Shown in pieces: positions 56,980 to 64,000 of a DNA stretch of 64,000 nucleotides (positions within the stretch are counted from its first letter, which is position 1; each line of letters opens with the position of its first letter). A program made the position numbers and the translations under genes. The notes under the pieces are model-generated. The model saw only the letters and a list, made by a program, of their open reading frames with translations. It was not told where the DNA came from and searched no databases. This DNA is from an uncultured delta proteobacterium. GTDB taxonomy: Bacteria; Desulfobacterota; Syntrophia; Syntrophales; Fen-1087. The stretch lies in contig CAVPSX010000005.1 in the NCBI GenBank assembly GCA_963708515.1, positions 2,958 through 66,957 on the forward strand, read 5' to 3'.

Positions 56980-57606
56980 TCAGGGGCGCAACAAACGGCC
57001 GGCTCCGGCCATGGTTTCGGCGATGTCGTACATATTGGAAATATGACCCACTGCAACCGAATCGCCAAGTTCGAAATAGTTTACGCAGGTCCCACAGATC
57101 AGGATGTCCACGCCGGTCTGCGCCAATTGCTGCAAATCGTCGAGGACCGCTGAATCCTTCGCGGCAAGCTTGACTCCGGCGTTGTAACAGATGATGATAT
57201 CGGGCAAAGGGTTCAATTGCAGCAGGGTATGGATGAAGCCCCGTATGAGAATGTCCCCGAGGACGTCATCCCCCCGTCCCATGTGGTTATCCGACAGGAC
57301 GACCACAAAAGGCCTACGATCCTTCACGGGCGCAGCGGCGCACGACAGCTCACCGGCCAGCGCCTCGTCATCCGCCGGGGCCTGAGGTGTTGCCCCGGTC
57401 CTTGTGAGGGTAATTTTCCTGATCTCGCCGCCTTTGTCCGTTACGGAGAAGCAACAGGCTGTCTTTGCCGCCATTCGCCGGATGTTTTCTACGGCAAAGG
57501 GATTATCCACGAGGACGATCACTTCTTCATTTGCTTCTATTGCCTTTTTCGCTAAAATAACCGGTTGCGGGCAGGCAAGCCCTCTGGCGTCAATAGTTGT
57601 CGGCAT
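56980..57606 (-). CDS. yedF: Selenium-metabolism protein YedF type (TusA/SirA-like domain fused to DsrE-like domain)
   Basis: 209 aa from ATG 57606 with AGGAG 5 nt upstream. It has IDARGLACPQPVILAKKAI, then VVVLSDNHMGRGDD...ILICGTCVNYF. The longer ORF-track start at 57795 overlaps the upstream gene. Confidence 0.7.
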   Translation of the reverse strand: MPTTIDARGLACPQPVILAKKAIEANEEVIVLVDNPFAVENIRRMAAKTACCFSVTDKGGEIRKITLTRTGATPQAPADDEALAGELSCAAAPVKDRRPFVVVLSDNHMGRGDDVLGDILIRGFIHTLLQLNPLPDIIICYNAGVKLAAKDSAVLDDLQQLAQTGVDILICGTCVNYFELGDSVAVGHISNMYDIAETMAGAGRLLRP

Positions 57607-57613
57607 AGAACTC

Positions 57614-57958
57614 CTATTTTCTGTCACTCTCTTTTTCCAGCAGCAGCGGACCGATGACGGTTGTCCGGATCTCCATGACATAGTCGTCGGCCGACGATGT
57701 ACAAGCATCGGCATCTGTCCGAAGATAAATGCCCAGGTTGCATGGGTTGAAGCGAATGACCACAATGTCCGTCGGGCCATAATGCTGTGCCGCATAATGA
57801 TCGACGACGTCCTGACGATTGGTCGTAAGGGCGCGGATGATTCCGTCCTTGTCGGGTTTCAGGCCTTCTCTTCTGATTTGTTCCCACATTTCCGGCGTCG
57901 TGACGTGATAGAAGTAAGTGTCGAAAAGATCATCGATATGATCGTCAAGGGCAGGCAT
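57614..57958 (-). CDS. Hypothetical protein
   Basis: 114-aa ORF ending 5 nt before the yedF RBS. I recognise no motif. Confidence 0.45.
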   Translation of the reverse strand: MPALDDHIDDLFDTYFYHVTTPEMWEQIRREGLKPDKDGIIRALTTNRQDVVDHYAAQHYGPTDIVVIRFNPCNLGIYLRTDADACTSSADDYVMEIRTTVIGPLLLEKESDRK

Positions 57959-58051
57959 CTCCTTTATGCTCCTTCATCCGTGATAATGAACAGAATGTTT
58001 TTTCTTAATCACAGCGGCTCTTCGTGTCAATACAATAATGGCCGTAATTTG

Positions 58052-58075
58052 ATATGGAATTATGATATTCCATAT
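58052..58075. promoter_or_regulatory. Perfect 9-bp inverted repeat in the divergent yedF/yedE control region (candidate operator)
   Basis: ATATGGAAT-TATGAT-ATTCCATAT lies within an AT-rich 215-bp intergenic region. Confidence 0.4.
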
Positions 58076-58173
58076 ATTAATAACTACTATGCAATTATGA
58101 ATAATATGAATTGGATTTCCCGGTCCTTTTTGTGATAGTAGCACGAAAAATATTTCAAGGGAGGTCTTCATTT

Positions 58174-59248
58174 ATGAGAAATGTTTTTTCTTCGCGCACA
58201 GGCATTATCATTGTCGGCGCCCTGATCGGCATCGGGGCGGCTGTGCTGCAGTACCTGGGAAATCCCGCCAATATGGGCATCTGCGTGGCCTGTATGGAGC
58301 GCGATATCGCCGGCGCCCTCGGTCTTCACCGGGCGGATGTGGTGCAGTATATACGGCCGGAAATCATCGGTTTTGTCCTGGGCGCCTTCATCGCCGCCCT
58401 CATCGCCCGCGAACACAAGCCCCGTGGCGGTTCGGCGCCGCTTATCCGCTTCTTTCTGGGCGTCTTTGCCATGATCGGCGCCCTGGTATTTCTGGGATGC
58501 CCCTGGCGGGCCCTCCTGCGGCTGGCCGGCGGTGACGGGAACGCGATTCTCGGACTCCTGGGACTCGCGACAGGCATTTTTATCGGCATCCAGTTTCTGA
58601 AGCACGGTTTCAGCCTTGGCCGTTCCTATCCGCAAAAGCCTCTAAGCGGCTGGGTTTTGCCGGCTCTTATGGCAGGGCTCTTTGTGCTTCTGGTCTTTCA
58701 GGTCTCCTTCAGCCCGGGCGGTCCCATCTTTTTCAGCCAGAAGGGTCCGGGTTCCCAGCACGCTCCCATATGGATCAGCCTGGCGGCTGGGTCTGATCAT
58801 CGGCGCCCTGGCCCAGCGCAGTCGCTTCTGCACGATGGGCGCTTTCCGGGACGTCATGCTGATCCGGGATTTTCATCTTGTCAGCGGTGTGGCTGCCCTG
58901 CTGATTTTCGCCTTTGGAATCAACCTCATTCTCGGCCAGTTTAAAGCGGGATTTGCGGGTCAGCCCATCGCCCATACGGATCACCTCTGGAATTTTCTCG
59001 GCATGGCCCTGTCGGGTCTGGCTTTTGTCCTCGCCGGGGGATGCCCGGGGAGGCAGCTTTTCCTCTCCGGAGAAGGCGACATGGATGCGGGGATCTTTGT
59101 TCTCGGCATGATCATCGGCGCCGCGGTGGCCCATAATTTCGCCCTGGCCAGTTCACCGAAAGGCATCACCGCTTTTGCACCGGCGGCCGTTATCCTGGGA
59201 TTCGTCTTCTGTATGGTTGTCGGCTTGACACAGCGGGACCGCGGATAA
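58174..59248 (+). pseudogene. yedE: YedE-family selenium/sulfur-compound membrane transporter, one frameshift near 58780
   Basis: AAGGGAGG RBS. The first half has GNPANMGICVACMERD. The second half, in another frame, has GLIIGALAQRSRFCTMGAFRD. ORFs 58111-58944 and 58682-59248 join at ...PIWISLAAG|LGLIIG. Confidence 0.75.
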
Positions 59249-59283
59249 GCCTATCTTATCAAATTTGAAATCTTGGAAGGAGA

Positions 59284-59507
59284 ATGATAATGACGACAAA
59301 ACGTATCGACGCCAGGGGGCTTTCATGCCCCCAGCCTGTTGTTCTCGTGGATCGGGCCGTTCAGGAGGGGAACACCGATCTGGAAATCCTTGTGGATAAT
59401 GAAGTCTCCCGGGAAAATGTCCTGCGCATGGCCGCCCGGCGGGGCTTGAAGACCGATTCCGCCAGGAAGGTTCGGATACGATTATCCGGGCGACCAGGGC
59501 ACAATAG
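59284..59507 (+). pseudogene. TusA/SirA-like sulfur/selenium carrier protein, probable frameshift near 59460
   Basis: It has RIDARGLSCPQPVVLV (CPxP). As written, the frame runs 150 nt into the next gene. A shifted frame ends ...EGSDTIIRATRAQ-TAG at 59507, giving the family-typical length of about 74 aa. Confidence 0.6.
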
Positions 59508-59524
59508 AGAAAGAGGATTCATTT

Positions 59525-60682
59525 ATGGAAGTGGTCTATCTGGACAATGCCGCGACGTCCTTTCCCAAACCGGAGGCGGCGCTGGAGGCCATGATGCGCT
59601 ACCAGCGCGAGATCGGCGGATCGCCCGGCCGTTCAGGCCACAGGCTTTCCATCGAGGCTGGCCGCATTGTTCATGAAACCAGGGAAGTCCTGGCGCGTCT
59701 TTTCAATATTGACGATCCCCTCCAGATCGTCTTCACCAAAAATGCCACGGAGGCCCTTAATATCGCACTGGTCGGTCTGCTTAAGCCCGGGGACCATGTC
59801 ATCACAACGGGCATGGAACATAACGCCGTGATGCGGCCCCTGCGTTTTCTCGCATCCCGTGGGGTTGACCTGTCGATCGTTCCCTGTTCTGACCGCGGCG
59901 AACTGGACCCTGATGATATTCGTGCAGCCTTCCGGACGAATACGCGTGCCGTCGTGATGACCCACGCCTCGAATGTGACGGGAACGATCATGCCGGTTCA
60001 GGAAATCGGCCTTCTGACTCGCGAGCGCGTAGACACTGTCCTGTGCGTTGATGCGGCCCAGACAGCGGGGGCGCTGCCCATCGACGTGGCGGCGATGGCC
60101 GTCGATCTGCTGGCCTTTACGGGGCACAAATCCCTTTACGGTCCCCAGGGCACAGGCGGCCTCTACATCCGGAAAGGTCTCGATAAGAAAATAGCGCCTC
60201 TCATGCGGGGTGGAACGGGGAGCCGTTCGGAATTCGAGGAACAGCCCGACTTCATGCCCGACAAGTATGAATGCGGCACGCCCAATACAGTCGGCCTGGC
60301 CGGATTGAGTGCAGGTGCGGCGTACATTCTTGAGAAGGGCGTCGAAGCGGTTCGGGATAAGGAAGATGCCCTGACCCGACTCTTTCTGGACCGACTGCAT
60401 GCGCTTGGTGAAGACGTCACCATTTACGGCCCCCGGTCGGCACAGGACCGGATTTCCGTGATTTCGTTCAAACTCCGGGATATAACTGCGTCCGATGCAG
60501 CCTTATATCTGGATGAGCATTGGGGCATCATGTGCCGCCCCGGTCTTCACTGCGCCCCGGCCGCCCATCGGACCATCGGGACTTTCCCCCACGGAACGGT
60601 GCGCTTCAGTTTCGGTTTTTTTAATACGGAAGCGCATGCCGATCTGGCCGCCGAAGCTCTGCGGCAGCTCGTGAAAAGATGA
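59525..60682 (+). CDS. Class V aminotransferase-fold cysteine desulfurase / selenocysteine-lyase-like enzyme
   Basis: 385 aa with FTGHKSLYGPQGTGGLY (PLP Lys) and CRPGLHCAP (active-site Cys loop). Confidence 0.8.
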   Translation: MEVVYLDNAATSFPKPEAALEAMMRYQREIGGSPGRSGHRLSIEAGRIVHETREVLARLFNIDDPLQIVFTKNATEALNIALVGLLKPGDHVITTGMEHNAVMRPLRFLASRGVDLSIVPCSDRGELDPDDIRAAFRTNTRAVVMTHASNVTGTIMPVQEIGLLTRERVDTVLCVDAAQTAGALPIDVAAMAVDLLAFTGHKSLYGPQGTGGLYIRKGLDKKIAPLMRGGTGSRSEFEEQPDFMPDKYECGTPNTVGLAGLSAGAAYILEKGVEAVRDKEDALTRLFLDRLHALGEDVTIYGPRSAQDRISVISFKLRDITASDAALYLDEHWGIMCRPGLHCAPAAHRTIGTFPHGTVRFSFGFFNTEAHADLAAEALRQLVKR

Positions 60683-60708
60683 CTTTCTGAAAGGACCAGG
60701 CAGCGCCT

Positions 60709-60936
60709 ATGACCCCGGAAGACCCATTTGGCGTCGTCCTCTTTGAATCCGTCAGCCATGCCCTGCGAGCGGAGAAAATCATCAAAGCCGAAAATATCCC
60801 CTGCAAACTGATCCCCGTGCCGCGCCAGCTCAGTTCCGATTGTGGCGTCTGCCTGCGTTTCAGCGTGGTCCACCGGGAACGCGTAGAAAACGCCCTGGCG
60901 GGGAAACTGGACTTTTTTGACGTCGTTCTTTTATAA
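60709..60936 (+). CDS. DUF3343 (putative Se/S carrier-like) small protein
   Basis: 75 aa with VVLFESVSHALRAEKIIKAENIPCKLIPVPRQLSSDCGVCLRF. Confidence 0.7.
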   Translation: MTPEDPFGVVLFESVSHALRAEKIIKAENIPCKLIPVPRQLSSDCGVCLRFSVVHRERVENALAGKLDFFDVVLL

Positions 60937-61163
60937 TAGATTGAATTGACAAGAATTTATTTATTGACGGGCGGCGTATCAGGAGAGGGAAGTTTGTATG
61001 TCAAAGGATATTTTGCGGTGAAATTGGAGATAACGAAACTATTTATTGGCAACCGTTAAACTTCCGTTTTTAAAAAAAACATTTAATGGTATAAAAAGCA
61101 AAGGAAGGGCTATTTTATCCAATTGGTGCATGATGGGGTCAACGCATTGACAGGAGACGGAAG

Positions 61164-63912
61164 ATGGAGCAGAAAAGACTCGATGAAGCGCGAAAGCAAA
61201 AGATCCCCTGGAAAAAGTGGGGGCCTTACCTGAGTGAGCGCCAGTGGGGCACTGTTCGGGAAGACTACAGCGAAAACGGTGATGCCTGGAACTTCTTTAC
61301 CCATGACCATGCCCGGTCCCGGGCGTATCGTTGGGGTGAAGACGGGTTGGGAGGAATTTCCGACGACAAGCAACGGCTCTGCTTTGCCCTTGCGTTGTGG
61401 AACAGCAAGGACCCGATCCTCAAGGAGCGCCTCTTCGGTCTGACCAACAGCGAGGGAAACCACGGCGAGGACGTAAAGGAGTACTACTTCTACCTCGACA
61501 GCACGCCGACGCACTCGTATATGCATTACCTCTACAAGTATCCCCAGTCGGCCTTTCCTTACGGCGACCTCATCGAGACGAACCGGCGACGCACCCGCGA
61601 TGAGATGGAGTACGAACTTCTCGACACGGGTGTCTTTGCGGAGGACCGTTACTTCGACGTCTATGTGGAATACGCCAAGGGAGGACCGGAGGACATCTTG
61701 GTGCAGATCACCGCCGCCAACCGGGGGCCGGAGGCAGCCGAACTGCATATACTGCCGACGCTCTGGTTCCGGAACGACTGGGCGTCGTGGGTGGCCAGGC
61801 CCGCCGAGAAGCCGATGCTCAAGCAAATCAAGGGGCCGGCGGGTACAACGGTGATTGAGGCAACGCATCCGGTATTGGGTATATACTACCTTTACTGCGA
61901 AGGCGACGCACCGCTGCTCTTTACCGAAAACGAAACCAACCATGCACAACTCGGCCTCGACTACCCGGACGCAGGCCCGTACCTTAAGGACGGCATCCAT
62001 AACTACGTGGTGCATGGCAAACAGAGTGCGGTGAATCCAGAAAAGACGGGAACGAAGGTGTCGGCGCACTACCGGCTGAAGATCGGTCCCGGCCAGTCAG
62101 CGACGGTAAGGCTGCGCCTCACGGACCAGGCCCCTGCCGGGCAGGGCAGGAAAACCACCGGCAATGCCCACCTCTTCGGGCAGGGCTTTCAAGAGACTCT
62201 GGCTGCCCGGCTGCGGGAGGCGGACGGGTTCTATCGGTCCGTGACTCCTCCCTCGGCCTCCGCGGATGCAGCCAATGTAATGCGCCAGGCCATCGCCGGC
62301 ATGCTCTGGAGCAAGCAGTATTATTACCTCGATGCCGATCAGTGGCTGGAGGAACACCGCGCTCACCCGCTGCATCAGGGGAGCCGCGAGTTCCGGAACC
62401 GGGAGTGGTTCCACATGGTCAACGAGGACATCATCTCCATGCCCGACAAGTGGGAGTACCCCTGGTACGCGGCCTGGGACCTTGCCTTCCACACACTGCC
62501 GATCTCGATCGTGGATCCGGACTTTGCCAAGGAGCAAATGGAACTGATGCTCCGCGGGGCGTACATTCATCCCAGCGGCCAGATTCCCGCCTACGAGTGG
62601 AACTTCAGCGACGTGAATCCGCCGGTGCACGCCTGGGCGACCCTGTTTTTGCACCGCACCGAGCAGGCGCTGCGAGGCGAGACGGACCTCGACTTCCTCA
62701 AGGTGGCGTTCAACAAGCTTATTTTGAACTTCACCTGGTGGGTCAACCGCAAGGACCGGTTCGGCAAAAACGTCTTCGAGGGCGGGTTCCTCGGCCTCGA
62801 CAACATCGGCGTCTTCGATCGATCGGCTCCGCTTGCCGACCGGGGGCTACCTGGAGCAGGCCGACGGCACGGCGTGGATGGCCCTCTTCACCCAGAACAT
62901 GGCCGAGATCGCTCTGGAACTTGCCAGCTACGACCGCACTTACGAGGACATGGCCTTCAAGTTCGTGGAGCATTTTCTCTATATCGCTGCCGCCATGAAT
63001 CGGCCCGGGCAGGATGGCATGTGGGACGAGGAGGACGGCTTCTACTACGACCTCCTGCGGCTCCCCGACGGCAGCGCCACGCGGCTCAAGGTGCGCTCCA
63101 TGGTGGGGCTCCTGCCGTTGTGTGCCACGACGGTGATAGAAAAGTGGCAGCGAGATCGTGATCCACGGGTAACGGCAGCGCTTCAGACACGCTTGCGCCA
63201 GATGCCGGAGCTCCTGGATTCAGTCCACCCCACGGGCCCGGGTCACTTAGGCGTGGCCGAACGGGGGGTCATTGCCCTGGTCAACCCGGAGCGGCTCCGC
63301 CGGATCCTCTCGAAGATGCTCGATGAGAACGAGTTCCTGAGTCCCTTTGGCATCCGCTCACTTTCCAAGTTTCACGAGCGGCACCCTTACGTCTTCCACA
63401 CGGGCGGTCAGGAATACCGTGTGGACTATCTGCCCGCAGAGTCGAACACCGGCATGTTCGGCGGCAACTCCAACTGGCGGGGCCCGATCTGGATGCCCGT
63501 GAACGCCATTATCATCAGGGCACTTTTGCAATATTACCTCTACTACGGTGACAACTTCAAGATTGAGTGCCCGACCGGTTCAGGCAGGATGATGAACCTC
63601 TTTGAGGTGGCCAAGGAGATTGCGGACCGGCTTACCCGGATCTTCCTGCGTGATGAGCGCGGCCAGCGGCCGGTGTACGGCGGCGCGGAGAAGTTCCATC
63701 ATGATCCCAACTGGCGGGACCACATCCTGTTTTACGAGTACTTCCATGGGGACAACGGTGCAGGCCTCGGTGCGAGCCACCAGACGGGCTGGACAGGAGT
63801 GGTCGCCAAGCTGATCCAGCTCTTCGGAATCCTTGATCCGAAAAAGTCGCTTGAGGTCGGCAAGGGTGCGGCATTCATTCGCGGAAAGTCGGAAAGTGGG
63901 GTGGAGGAATGA
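61164..63912 (+). pseudogene. GH63-like (MGH1-type) glycoside hydrolase/glucosidase, one frameshift near 62834
   Basis: It has WKKWGPYLSERQWGTVREDYS...YRWGEDGL...LTNSEGNHGEDVKEYYFY. ORFs 61164-63161 and 62833-63912 join as ...GVFDRSAPL|PTGGYLEQADGTAWMA.... Confidence 0.75.
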
Positions 63913-64000
63913 AGCCATGGCCGCAACATCCCGTTATCTATGAAATCAATACATGGGTTTGGCTGCAGGAATTGAGCCAGGAATACAAAAGCCCGGTAAC
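63909..64000 (+). CDS. Alpha-amylase-family (GH13-like) protein, N-terminal fragment running off the window
   Basis: The ATG overlaps the upstream TGA (ATGA). It reads MKPWPQHPVIYEINTWVWLQELSQEYKSPV and is open to the window end. Confidence 0.4.
   Translation, partial: MKPWPQHPVIYEINTWVWLQELSQEYKSPV

Noticed and set aside
59284-59676. A 130-aa ORF for the TusA-like protein that overlaps the desulfurase gene by 150 nt.
   Set aside because: TusA-family proteins are about 75-80 aa. The tail (…VRIRLSGRPGHNRERGFIYGSG…) is low-quality sequence that covers the RBS and start of the next gene. A shifted frame terminates at 59507 with a plausible beta-strand ending. I therefore called it a frameshifted 74-aa gene.
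1-64000. CRISPR arrays, rRNA genes, tRNA genes, prophage or defence-island gene sets.
   Set aside because: No regularly spaced direct repeats were seen. I also saw no rRNA- or tRNA-like conserved strings, and no recognisable phage, restriction-modification, toxin-antitoxin or known defence-system proteins in any frame.

Overview
All family assignments here come from reading motifs by eye; no database search was run. The window is a GC-rich (by eye, high 50s %) chromosomal segment. Its gene content looks like an anaerobic Desulfobacterota/Deltaproteobacteria-type organism, which is an inference from several genes: formate-THF ligase, 2-hydroxyacyl-CoA-dehydratase-like genes, cytochrome bd, NikR/NikM and selenium-utilisation genes. 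I see about 60 protein genes and no rRNA, tRNA or CRISPR array.

Main content:
1. Bases 1-1764 hold a NikR-controlled nickel module. It has a partial nikM/cbiM, a small outer-membrane barrel, nikR and two predicted NikR operators.
2. Bases 1790-16235 hold a tightly coupled minus-strand operon of about 14.4 kb. It encodes 3 ketosynthases, 3 ACPs, a FabZ-ACP fusion, a PKS-type dehydratase fused to a PPTase, and a thioesterase. It also encodes two paralogous radical-SAM enzymes, a B12-type radical-SAM enzyme, a CrtI-like flavoprotein, a membrane NodB deacetylase, PlsC and PlsY. This is my top candidate for an undescribed system, namely synthesis of an unusual membrane lipid.
3. Housekeeping and C1 genes (gcvR-like, fhs, SDR, ppnP, flavodoxin, malic enzyme, aldolases, queF, cydAB).
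4. Two candidate selenoproteins with in-frame UGA. Each is followed at 10-11 nt by a hairpin whose loop starts GGUC.
5. A selenium-metabolism locus (yedF, yedE, tusA-like, cysteine-desulfurase-like, DUF3343).
6. An acyl-CoA ligase with an HgdB/HgdA-like pair.
7. A RimK-like ligase / 7TM-transglutaminase / retropepsin-like protease triad.
8. A MITE-like repeat family with 3 copies, a REP-like hairpin, an IS110 remnant and three near-identical sigma70-type promoters.

At least 11 genes downstream of 26.5 kb carry frameshifts or in-frame stops, while I found none upstream. This could be an assembly-quality problem or real gene decay.
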